Below, one piece after another: positions 1 through 9,119 of a DNA stretch of 64,000 bases (its first letter is position 1; each line of letters starts with the position of its first letter). The position numbers were made by a program, and so were the translations under genes. The notes beneath the pieces were generated by a model, which made no database searches, had not been told where the DNA came from, and worked only from the letters and a program-made list of their open reading frames with translations. The stretch is from Coraliomargarita sp. (GTDB lineage: Bacteria; Verrucomicrobiota; Verrucomicrobiia; Opitutales; Coraliomargaritaceae): contig OZ244160.1 in assembly GCA_965216325.1 (NCBI GenBank), forward strand, positions 416,001 to 480,000. The letters are read 5' to 3'.

Positions 1-942
1 CGTGATATCACGACAGCTCGATCGACATCGAAGCGAGAGAGTCCACGCGACAAGGCATTCAACGATATGTTGGACAAGTTTCAGGCTGCCTCTGGAATCA
101 CAATCGAGGAGCAGTCGGCTGACGAGATGAACGGGAGGCAGATCAGCTACAGGATTATGCCGGATCCCGATAAAGTAAATAACAAGCAGGGGCCGAATCG
201 TTTTGTCGCAGTGGAACGGGGCGTCGGAATCGTCTGTACCAATGAGACTGATAAGCCACTTGCGCTTGTTCATGGCAACGGCAACAGCCTGCCATCCTAT
301 CGAGTCAAGACCGACATTACCAAGGCTGGAGGATTGGGGCTGGTGGTTACTGGTGACGGCAGCGGCGCAATTCTTGTGGTGCGCATTGGCGGGCAGGGGA
401 CGCGTGATTATGTCGTCCATCTTGATTTTAAAGGGAGGCGGTACATTGAAATTCCCAGTCCACAAGTGTCATGGGCGGATGCACGTTGGCCATTCTTTAA
501 CGCGTATAAGCGCTGGAGAGGGAATGGCATTCGTACCATTTCGCTCGGAATCGACAGGGTAAAACCCAATAGCCAAGCGTCGGTACTGCTTGAAGACCTC
601 AGGTTTCTGCCGGAGAAACCCTCCGCTTTGAACAATCCTCGTATTAATGTTGGCGAAGGCAGCCTTTCGATCCACGGGAGGATCCCTTCCGGGCACTACC
701 TCTGGTATCAAGGAGGTGATCAAGTTGGCGTCTACGACTTAAACTGGAATAAGCTCACAGATTTGCCTGTAACGCTTCATGGCGCGACTGCGGCATCGGG
801 CGACACTGCCATTTCTGTGACGAATTTTAATCCAGAGGGTGATCCATGGCTTGAAGTGCAGTTCTTTGCCAAGGATACGCCTTTGCCGGTGGCATCATAT
901 TCAGGGGCAAAGACGAAACAGCAGCCTCTGACCACATTATAG
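1..942 (+). CDS. C-terminal part of an uncharacterised secreted protein (5' end outside window); paralog of the N-terminal region of 29697..37835
   Basis: Frame open from base 1 (RDITTARS...). Shares GLGxVVTGDGS, GTRDY, SPQVSW, KRWRGN, YLWYQGG and DPWLEVQFFA with roughly residues 720-970 of the 2712-aa protein. Confidence 0.85.
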   Translation, partial: RDITTARSTSKRESPRDKAFNDMLDKFQAASGITIEEQSADEMNGRQISYRIMPDPDKVNNKQGPNRFVAVERGVGIVCTNETDKPLALVHGNGNSLPSYRVKTDITKAGGLGLVVTGDGSGAILVVRIGGQGTRDYVVHLDFKGRRYIEIPSPQVSWADARWPFFNAYKRWRGNGIRTISLGIDRVKPNSQASVLLEDLRFLPEKPSALNNPRINVGEGSLSIHGRIPSGHYLWYQGGDQVGVYDLNWNKLTDLPVTLHGATAASGDTAISVTNFNPEGDPWLEVQFFAKDTPLPVASYSGAKTKQQPLTTL

Positions 943-991
943 ACAATTGATACATGACCAAAATCTAACGTTTTTCGAAAAGTTTCTAAAA

Positions 992-3900
992 ATGAACAGC
1001 CACTTACAACAGATTCCCTTACAGTACGACGAGACTCGCCGTGGATTCGCATTGGTTGTGTCTCTTAGTTTAATGGCGTTAGTGATGGTGATTGTTTTGG
1101 CCATGTCGAGTTTGGTCACTGTCGAGCTAAGAAGTTCGACAAATGAGATGACGATGAACGCTGCCCGCGCGAATGCCCGCATGGGCCTGATGCTGGCGCT
1201 TGGCGAGCTACAGCAGAATGCTGGTCCGGATACCCGTGTCACCGCGCCTGGCGATATTGTAGCTGGAGGTGATGGTAGCCATCGAGCCACTGGTGCGTGG
1301 AGGTCTTGGGAGGGGCTGGATCATGATGAGACCATCGGTCTTCCGGGTTATGACGCCAGCCTGGATGACCCTGGCACGCCAGAGCAAGAGGGCTCCATTG
1401 CTCCAGACTATTCGATCAAAACCGTCGACTATGATGCTGATAACCCGAAACAGGGCCGTTTCCTTGGGTGGTTGGTTTCCGAGCAGGGCAGCTGGAGCGC
1501 CACCACTGCCCCGCAGCTTGACGAGCGTGCCGACAGCGTGCCTCTGCTCGCAAGCGGCACTCTTGGAAATAACACGGAGTTTATTGATAGCGAGGGTGAA
1601 ACCATTTCCAATGAGATTCATGTCATCCCCACCCCGATCAATGCCAACGAGGGCAGTTTTGCTTGGTGGGTCAGCGGGGAAAATCAGAAAGCCAATCTCA
1701 GCGCCCCCGCAACCACCCCGAATAGTAACGAAGCGTGGGATCAACACCTCACTTCCGCAGGACAGCCGGATGCCACGTTTTTTGGCTTGTCCACCCCTGA
1801 CGAACTTAGTCACGCAGTCTCCAACGATAGCCTCGACCTGCTGTCAAAAGCGGCAGAGGCCCCAGGGAAGCTGGGAGGCGAAAACTTCCACCACCTAACG
1901 GTGCATTCCAAGGGCTTGCTGACCAACACCGCTACCGGAGGCTGGCGGAGGGATCTTTCGCTAATGACAGAACAGTGGGATGTCCTGCCTGACACCGGAC
2001 TACCGTTCTACACCATTAAACCAGGGGTGGAAAGCTCGGCCGTCAAAGCGGTTCAGGATTATACCACCAGAAATCATCTGATTTACCCTTGGGCCGAAAT
2101 GGTGACAAACTATAGGAGCGCTGGCGACTTCCAATCACGAAAATCGGATGCCGTGACCTCATGGAGTGGTCTGCGGGATTTTTGCGTGCAATATAAGAGC
2201 ATCACCAGTGGTGATGCCAATGGCCAAGTCGTGATGCCCGCCAACAGAGGTGGAAAGCCGCGTCAGAATAGATGGATTGCGAGTTATGATATTTACGAGA
2301 TCCGTGATCAGAGTGATCGCTTCCCGGTGTTGGCGCGCATGCACTGGGTGTTTTCCTACTCATCCAAGAGAAATCCGAATCAGCCGGATGCGACCGCAGA
2401 CAATGCCTACATTGCCTGTATCGTGGCGACTCCTGTTATTACGATGTGGAATCCATACAACGTAACCTTGGAAGCTCACGATATGTCTATCGCTGACAGG
2501 CAGATGTCGCCCCTTTCGATTAAGGTTCAGGTTGGTGGCACGTCTTATCCCGAATACCCGATTTCTACCTATTGTGCGATGGCCTCTGGGGGTAATATAA
2601 GATATGGTAGAGTGGACACTTCCCTAGAGGATGAAAGCGGGAATAAGACCATTGTCTTTAAGCCGGGGGAAACACATATATTTACGCCTTATCAAGGGCT
2701 GGATGACCAAACAGGGGGCGGTGGCATCGGGCTGACACTCAGAAGTGGCTATCGCACCCAGCAGGGCTATCGTTTTGAGCTGTCAAATCCGGATACCGAG
2801 CAGCTCATCACAGGTAGTGCCGGAGATACGTTCAAAGTAGAAGTGACTGCTCAGGGAAGGCTTTGGAGGGATAATACTAATAGAGATCGGCCCAGTCTTG
2901 ATGGGTGGCGTTTGGGTGCCGATATTGAGTTCTGGGCGAGGGCAACACCTGGCGGCAACAAACGGATCGCCGCGTGGTACCATTGCATAACCAGCAGTGG
3001 AGCTGCCAAGACCTACTGGCCGGATAAAGACTTGGAGCTGCGAAACAATGATGAAACATTAGGGAATCTCGTGGGGAGATCGGATGCTTTTGCCGCATCG
3101 CTCTTCGGCTACAGGCTCTCGAATAACCCCAACATTCCATCAAAAGGCGTGCTCCAATGCAACCCTGTGGCCAACCGCAGCTCAGGTGATTGGTACACTG
3201 GCGGTGGCAATAATACGTCTTCTGGCCATGGTAGCGGGCACCCCGTCAATTGGCCCTATGATTTTAAATTTGTGATGCTGAATGGCTGGAACGATCCGGG
3301 CTGCCCCTCTGGCATTACGGATGAAACAACGGGGTATATTGGCCCGTCTCATCAAGCCGGCGTTGCCTTGGACCGTCTGGTGATGGCGCATGCCCCCCTG
3401 CGTCCGATCCAGTCACTTGCCCAGCTACAGCATTTAAATCTCCACCAGGGCAATCCCGTTGGCCCATACCCGTACAACATCATTGGCAACAGTCATGCGC
3501 AACCTCTATTTGATCCTGATGCAACCTTGCCCCATCGTGTTAGCCAAGGGAGCAATGCGGTAAAATTGTCTTTCTATCACCAATACGATGACAGCTACAT
3601 CGCAAACCACCTGTTGTTTGATGACTGGTTTGTTTCTTCGATTGCTCCGGATACCCTCGCATATTCTGCTACAGAAGATCGAACTTTAACCCAGGTTTAT
3701 ACCGATCACCTCACCGGTGTCGCGGCCTTGCCCAATCACCGCTACTTGCCAGCCAATCCGCAGGCAGATGCTGCTATACAGGCTGCGGAGGACTTGACCA
3801 CTACCACTGATTGGAAGCCCTGGTATCACATCGCCTCCAAGCTGGAGGTGCACGGCATGTTTAACATAAATTCCACTTCAGTAGAGGCTTGGACAGCTCT

Positions 3901-4684
3901 TCTTCGCCATCTCAAGGATGCAAAAGCTCCCATCCTTGACCGTGAAGGATCCATCAGTCTGGATGGTGGAGATGGATATCCCATTGGGCGTGATGCCCTT
4001 GCGGGGGAAGCGGTTGCGGGAGGCGGTACCAACAATTCAGGATTCACTGAGGCCACGGAATACACCGGATACCGACGATTCACGGATGAACAGATAACTG
4101 CATTAGCAGAGCAAATCGTAGAGGAAATCAAGGCTCGGGGGCCTTTTCTCAGTCTGTCCGAGTTTATCAACCGGCGCTTAACTGCCGACCCGGGGGAAGA
4201 AAACTTGGCACGCGCCGGCGTTATTGAAGCCGCCTTGCTTCATTTGTCCGAGCAGGGGGCAAGCTCAGACAACCCTTATCGGGAATTGCAAATGCTAGCA
4301 GATGAAATTACCACCCTCCCACCTGGCGATCCTGGTTATAGATTCCCATATGCAGCTTTGGGCTCCACCGCCTACGGATTCCCGGGCTGGACTCGTCAAG
4401 CGGATGTGCTGCGCCCTCTGGCTCCCGTTCTTTCTGCCCGAGACGACACCTTTACCATCCGCGCTTATGGCGATGTTAAGGATTTAAATGGTAAGGTGGT
4501 CGCAAAGGCGTGGTGTGAAGCGATCGTGAAGCGAAGCGCGGATTACGTTGACTCCACAGATGCAAGCACAGATCTGCCGGGAGCCGTAGGAGCTGATGAT
4601 AAATCCGTAAACTCGGTGAATCAAGCATTTGGACGTCGTTTTGAGGTCGTGTCTTTCCGCTGGTTGTCGGAGGATGAAGTCTAA
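992..4684 (+). CDS. Large Verrucomicrobia-type PilX-like / prepilin-leader protein
   Basis: RRGFALVVSLSLMAL prepilin-like leader, ARANARMGLMLALGELQ...GPDTRVTA, C-terminal GPFLSLSEFINRRL, RDDTFTIRAYG and FGRRFEVVSFRWL. Start could be 947 or 992. Confidence 0.75.
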   Translation: MNSHLQQIPLQYDETRRGFALVVSLSLMALVMVIVLAMSSLVTVELRSSTNEMTMNAARANARMGLMLALGELQQNAGPDTRVTAPGDIVAGGDGSHRATGAWRSWEGLDHDETIGLPGYDASLDDPGTPEQEGSIAPDYSIKTVDYDADNPKQGRFLGWLVSEQGSWSATTAPQLDERADSVPLLASGTLGNNTEFIDSEGETISNEIHVIPTPINANEGSFAWWVSGENQKANLSAPATTPNSNEAWDQHLTSAGQPDATFFGLSTPDELSHAVSNDSLDLLSKAAEAPGKLGGENFHHLTVHSKGLLTNTATGGWRRDLSLMTEQWDVLPDTGLPFYTIKPGVESSAVKAVQDYTTRNHLIYPWAEMVTNYRSAGDFQSRKSDAVTSWSGLRDFCVQYKSITSGDANGQVVMPANRGGKPRQNRWIASYDIYEIRDQSDRFPVLARMHWVFSYSSKRNPNQPDATADNAYIACIVATPVITMWNPYNVTLEAHDMSIADRQMSPLSIKVQVGGTSYPEYPISTYCAMASGGNIRYGRVDTSLEDESGNKTIVFKPGETHIFTPYQGLDDQTGGGGIGLTLRSGYRTQQGYRFELSNPDTEQLITGSAGDTFKVEVTAQGRLWRDNTNRDRPSLDGWRLGADIEFWARATPGGNKRIAAWYHCITSSGAAKTYWPDKDLELRNNDETLGNLVGRSDAFAASLFGYRLSNNPNIPSKGVLQCNPVANRSSGDWYTGGGNNTSSGHGSGHPVNWPYDFKFVMLNGWNDPGCPSGITDETTGYIGPSHQAGVALDRLVMAHAPLRPIQSLAQLQHLNLHQGNPVGPYPYNIIGNSHAQPLFDPDATLPHRVSQGSNAVKLSFYHQYDDSYIANHLLFDDWFVSSIAPDTLAYSATEDRTLTQVYTDHLTGVAALPNHRYLPANPQADAAIQAAEDLTTTTDWKPWYHIASKLEVHGMFNINSTSVEAWTALLRHLKDAKAPILDREGSISLDGGDGYPIGRDALAGEAVAGGGTNNSGFTEATEYTGYRRFTDEQITALAEQIVEEIKARGPFLSLSEFINRRLTADPGEENLARAGVIEAALLHLSEQGASSDNPYRELQMLADEITTLPPGDPGYRFPYAALGSTAYGFPGWTRQADVLRPLAPVLSARDDTFTIRAYGDVKDLNGKVVAKAWCEAIVKRSADYVDSTDASTDLPGAVGADDKSVNSVNQAFGRRFEVVSFRWLSEDEV

Positions 4685-4703
4685 CCTTATACTGTTCTAT
4701 ATT

Positions 4704-5405
4704 ATGTTACGTTTATTTATTGTTCTGATCATTAGCGGCTGGGTGACCTTTGGTGCGCTGCATGCGGATCGTACGATTCGAGTGCTCCATTACGGAGCTC
4801 CGAAAGATTCTCAATTAAAAGAGGCCTACCTCTACGGAGGGGGGGGGGCGCCTATTCACGTAGAGCTAAATCGCCATAATTTCTCATCCCAGATCGCCAT
4901 CGACCAAGCAACGGTCACCCTCAGAGTCCTGCCTGAGTTGCTCGCGGAAGACCAAGCCTTTCCGCAAGATGCCCCCAGCGTCGATATCCCACCCGATTGG
5001 CAAGACACGCTGCTCATTTTCTTTCACCGACCAGATCAGCCTCTGATGCCGATCAAGATCCACAAAATCAACGCGAGTGCCGGGGTATTCAATCCAGGCG
5101 AATTTTACTGGATTAACATGAGCGATGTCTATGTCGGCGGCATCGTCGGCGGTCAGAAACTGAGAATTGGACCATGGGATTCCGCAGTGATGAAGTGCCC
5201 CGAGGGCGAAATTGAGTGTACCGTCAAACTAGATTATTTGGTCAAGGGGGAAACCAAAACACGGGGGCTGATTCGCCAGATGTGGGCGGTTGATAAAGAA
5301 ACGCGGCAAGTGGTCTTCATCCTCAAACGCCCACCCCCGCGATATGCATCCTACTACGTGTTGCCCTTCCGTGATCCGCCCAAACCAGCAGCAGCGGAAC
5401 AGTAA
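4704..5405 (+). CDS. Secreted hypothetical protein, probable partner of the PilX-like gene
   Basis: Signal peptide MLRLFIVLIISGWVTFGALHA; lies directly after the upstream stop. Confidence 0.7.
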   Translation: MLRLFIVLIISGWVTFGALHADRTIRVLHYGAPKDSQLKEAYLYGGGGAPIHVELNRHNFSSQIAIDQATVTLRVLPELLAEDQAFPQDAPSVDIPPDWQDTLLIFFHRPDQPLMPIKIHKINASAGVFNPGEFYWINMSDVYVGGIVGGQKLRIGPWDSAVMKCPEGEIECTVKLDYLVKGETKTRGLIRQMWAVDKETRQVVFILKRPPPRYASYYVLPFRDPPKPAAAEQ

Positions 5406-5511
5406 GCGCACGACACCATTTTCTTCCTTCAATCTTTTCAGATTTCTTCTGTTGCGATCACCGATACGGCCAATCCCATAAAAAGAAGGACTGATACTTA
5501 AGTATGACCTT

Positions 5512-6930
5512 ATGAATAACGAAATTATGAATAATAAACCAATCAATAAAAACTCAATACAAACAAGTCGTCGTTCCTTTATGAAGAAGAGTGCCGCCAT
5601 CGGCGCCGGTGCTTTTATACTCCCTCGCTTTAGCATTGGCACGCCTGGGCAGTCGGCAAACAGCAAGGTCAACATTGCCATGATTGGGGCAGGGGGCATC
5701 GCCTCATTAGCCTACCAAGGATCTAAAGGTGAAAACATTGTAGCGCTTTGTGATGTCGACTCACGGGCACTCAATCGGAATAAAGCGAAAGAGGCGCCCG
5801 GTGCCCAGACCTTTAAAGACTTTCGTGTGATGCTCGACAAAATGGGTGATGAGATCGACATGGTCTGTGTCAACACCCCGGACCACACCCACTTTGCCGC
5901 TACCATCGCTGCGATGGAGCGGGGTATCCACGCGTTTACGCAAAAGCCGCTTACGCATAACATCTGGCAGGCACGCACGCTGAAAAAGGCCAAAGACCAC
6001 TACAAGGTGCACACCAACATGGGCAACCAGGGGCATACCGGGGCGGGCATTCGCGGGATGCGCGAATGGGTCGAGGCGGATGTTTTCGGGCAGATCACCG
6101 AGGTGCATTCATTCATCGATGGACCGAACTGGAATGGTTCTTACTTCAGACGTCCCAAACTCCCCCTCGAAGCGTCACCCGTGCCGGACTATCTGGATTA
6201 TGATTTATGGTTAGGTCAGAATGAGTTCGTGCCATACCACAAGCTCTATCACCCCGAGAAGTGGCGCGGCTTCAACCGTTTCGGCACTGGCACATTGGGG
6301 GACTGGTTCTGCCACGTAGCAGACGCGCCGGTGTGGGCCCTCGGCCTTTACGATCCGGTCTCTGTCGAAGCAATTGAGGTGAACGGAGGCTCGGACCTGC
6401 TGGTGGCCGATGGCATGACACTACGCTATGTGTTTCAAAAACGGGGCTCGAAAGAAGCCTGCGTGTTCTATTGGCACAATGGAATCACGAGCTTGATGCC
6501 CAGAGATGCGGCCGATTGGGATTGGGATGTTTCCAATAGTTTTCCAGAGAAAGGAACGCTCTATCGCGGGGAGAAGATGAACGGATATACGAATCATCGC
6601 TCCAATGACCCGCGAATCACGAATCGGGAAAAGATGATGGAATTTAAAAAGGCCGGCTATCCTGCACAGAAATACCCACGGGTTTCGGGCGGACCGATTC
6701 GTGAGCTGATCAATGTCGTGAAAGGAGATCTTAAGCAAGCCGGTGCCAACTTTGACTACGCCGCTCCGTTCACCGAGGTGATGCTGCTCGGACTGATTGC
6801 CTCACAGCATGGTGGCAAGATCGAGTGGGATGCCGCGAATATGCGTATCACCAACCGCCCGGAGTTGAACGTCTACCTAAAGGAACCGGTGCGAAAGGGC
6901 TGGGAGTATGGCGAAAGTCTCTGGATCTAA
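5512..6930 (+). CDS. Tat-exported Gfo/Idh/MocA family oxidoreductase
   Basis: SRRSFMK Tat motif; IGAGG Rossmann motif; TPDHTH, QKPLTH, NMGNQG, DLWLG. Confidence 0.92.
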   Translation: MNNEIMNNKPINKNSIQTSRRSFMKKSAAIGAGAFILPRFSIGTPGQSANSKVNIAMIGAGGIASLAYQGSKGENIVALCDVDSRALNRNKAKEAPGAQTFKDFRVMLDKMGDEIDMVCVNTPDHTHFAATIAAMERGIHAFTQKPLTHNIWQARTLKKAKDHYKVHTNMGNQGHTGAGIRGMREWVEADVFGQITEVHSFIDGPNWNGSYFRRPKLPLEASPVPDYLDYDLWLGQNEFVPYHKLYHPEKWRGFNRFGTGTLGDWFCHVADAPVWALGLYDPVSVEAIEVNGGSDLLVADGMTLRYVFQKRGSKEACVFYWHNGITSLMPRDAADWDWDVSNSFPEKGTLYRGEKMNGYTNHRSNDPRITNREKMMEFKKAGYPAQKYPRVSGGPIRELINVVKGDLKQAGANFDYAAPFTEVMLLGLIASQHGGKIEWDAANMRITNRPELNVYLKEPVRKGWEYGESLWI

Positions 6931-6975
6931 GATAAAAAGTTGTAAAACTTTGGACTGTTTTCTTAAGGGGACTTC

Positions 6976-7024
6976 TGAAAAACGCCTTTTGGTCGCCGGA
7001 GGCGACTCAAAAGGCGCTTTTCAG
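6976..7024. repeat. Long imperfect hairpin (REP-like or terminator)
   Basis: CTGAAAAACGCCTTTTGGTCGCC...GCGACTCAAAAGGCGCTTTTTCAG, downstream of the oxidoreductase. Confidence 0.55.
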
Positions 7025-7140
7025 ATTTAATGTTGGTTCGAGAGTTCGATGGTGGTTGCTGAGAAGTGATTTTTTCGAGTCATTCGAAGTTAATGGGTGA
7101 GATCTGGCCGTTCTGAGCGGCCAGATCGCCTATCATCTAC

Positions 7141-7300
7141 AGGGAAGGTGGATCCCGACTTGTCCGCCGTAGCTCGAAGAGCGAAGGAGGAAGCGATATG
7201 GAAGGATTCTCTGAACGAGCCTAGGCAGATTTTTGCTCCGGCTGGCTCAAATAACAGTAAAAACCCCTCCGTCCCCGCAGACGGGACCACCTCCCCTTCG
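7141..7300. repeat. Dispersed palindromic REP/MITE-like repeat, second copy at about 50741-50976
   Basis: Near-identical GGGAAGGTGGATC...CGAGCCTAGGCAGATTTTTGCTCCGGCTGGCTCAAATAACAGTAAAAACCCCTCCGTCCCCGCAGACGGG at both loci. Confidence 0.75.
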
Positions 7301-7304
7301 TAGC

Positions 7305-7938
7305 ATATCCTTCTACATAAGTCAGAGAGAACATCTATTGGCCCCTCACCAATTTCGGGCGCATCGCATTGGCCGTGTCCAAGTGCTCATGCTCTGCATT
7401 TCCAGCATAGCTGGACGGAGCGCGAAAGCGCGTAGATGGCGAACCGCCCCGAAGGGGTGATGAACCGGGTGCCCTTTGGGCAGGTGAAGAACAGACCGCT
7501 TATTTCCGCTGATTTTACGCTTATGATGGGGAACCTGTATTCTGGTTCATCGTCAATTACCGAGAAAGAGGTGCATAATGCCACTGATTCATCTTGGAGG
7601 CACCACCGGAGCCCTTCGTGAACGCGGTTCGTCGTGAACGAAAATTTCCCAGTAATCTTAGGCTCAGCATTCTTTAACCACAGATAAATATTCTTCTTAT
7701 ATACGTCGTGCTGTTCCGAGGAGTCTTCGACGACATGACCGGATGCGAAGCAAACCGGACCATAAGCGTTCAATAAGCCGAAATAAGCGGTTCCCAGCTA
7801 TGCTGGGTTTGGGCTGAGCGGTTTCCGCGCAAAAGGCAAAAGTCGACCACTCCTCTGAATTGGAGAAACGTATTAAAAATGCCTTTAATTGATCTAACGA
7901 GCGTAAATTAACAAATACAAAGATATGTAGAAGGATAT
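7305..7938. mobile_element. Non-autonomous IS4/IS50(Tn5)-like element
   Basis: Perfect 15-bp terminal IR ATATCCTTCTACATA (7305-7319 and 7924-7938); flanking direct repeat CCTTCG(T/C)AGC; ends resemble the IS50 19-bp ends. Confidence 0.7.
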
Positions 7939-8082
7939 CCTTCGCAGCCGTCTTCGCTCTAACCGAGCTACGCCGAGCCAAGGGGGAGGAGCTTTAAATA
8001 GTCGATTAATTACGTTGATTTGATAATCTAAAATGTAAGGGAATATGTCTGGGTGTAGGGGGGGCGTAAATAAAAAGATTAA

Positions 8083-8130
8083 ACACGGTCGATTGGCCGT
8101 ATTGACCGGGCTGTTCGTACTCTCTATAAT
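8083..8130 (+). promoter_or_regulatory. Palindromic operator 1 plus sigma70-like promoter
   Basis: ACACGGTCGATTGGCCGTAT at 8083-8102; -35 TTGACC 8102-8107, 17-bp spacer, -10 TATAAT 8125-8130. Confidence 0.85.
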
Positions 8131-8187
8131 GCAGCGAGTAGTCAAGCATTCGAAAGTTGAGGCAACCTAACCGAGATTAATAATTTA

Positions 8188-8976
8188 GTGATTAAAAGTA
8201 CGAGGCAATCGAACCTGCGCCGACAATGCGGTCTTTTTAGAGCTGCCCTGATGCTTAAGAAATACGGGATTCTGTCCGCCTGTTTCTGCCTGCTACAAAC
8301 CGGTCAAGCGATGGAGATGCCCCCCAAAGTCTTGACCCCAGATGGCAAAGCACCGAGCGATGCGACCGTGGTCTTTTCCGGCGGCAGCAAGGAGGCTCTC
8401 GTCAATGGAGCTGGGGAGCGCCTGGGCTGGCCGGTTCAGGACGATGCACTGATCGTCAATGGTGAGATCGGTGCCTATACCAAACTCCATTTTTCGGATG
8501 CGCAAATCCATGTCGAGTTTGCTTGTCCGAACGACGGCAAGCAAGGTGAAAGTGCCGGTAATAGTGGACTGTACATTCACGGGCTCTACGAGCTTCAAAT
8601 TTACAACTCCTACGACCAGAAGATCAAACCCTCGGCGATGCTTGGTGCGATCTACGGACAGTACATCCCGCCAGTTAATGTGGCTCGGCCCGCCGAACAG
8701 TGGCAGGTGTATGATATCATTTTTCACGCCCCGCGGCGCAACGAAGCGGGGCAGGTGAGTGAGCCGGGACGTTTGACGGCCTTTCTCAATGGTGTGCTGC
8801 TGTACGATAACGTGGAAATCAAAGAGCCCACAGTATATGGCCCACTCCATCACCAACCGACGCCATATTCCAAGGAATTATATGACAAGATCAAGAAGAC
8901 CGGGTGTGGGCCGCTATTCTTTCAGGATCACCATAGCCCGGTTCGCTTTCGGAATATTTGGATCCGAACTTTGTAA
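8188..8976 (+). CDS. DUF1080 (3-keto-disaccharide hydrolase-like) protein
   Basis: APSDATVVFSG, QIHVEF, GNSGLY, YELQI, WQVYDIIF, FQDHHSPVRFRNIW. True start may be 8251. Confidence 0.88.
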   Translation: MIKSTRQSNLRRQCGLFRAALMLKKYGILSACFCLLQTGQAMEMPPKVLTPDGKAPSDATVVFSGGSKEALVNGAGERLGWPVQDDALIVNGEIGAYTKLHFSDAQIHVEFACPNDGKQGESAGNSGLYIHGLYELQIYNSYDQKIKPSAMLGAIYGQYIPPVNVARPAEQWQVYDIIFHAPRRNEAGQVSEPGRLTAFLNGVLLYDNVEIKEPTVYGPLHHQPTPYSKELYDKIKKTGCGPLFFQDHHSPVRFRNIWIRTL

Positions 8977-9119
8977 TGAGGCGCTTCGCGGTGCTTACAG
9001 AACAGACGCGCGAGCCTCTGGAGGCATGGATGAAACAACAGGGGGACGACGGTGCATCGACTAACAATAAGGGTAGTAAAGCCCATTAATTAAACATACA
9101 TTTACTGCAACCATACACG

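Noticed and set aside
5464..5475. Operator upstream of the first oxidoreductase (ATACGGCCAATC)
   Set aside because: Only about a half-site, with no second arm and no phased -35; not counted among the 15.
7090..7303. Small ORFs in repeat DNA (also 48474..49019 and 50651..50953)
   Set aside because: Translations of REP/MITE-like palindromic repeats, not genes.
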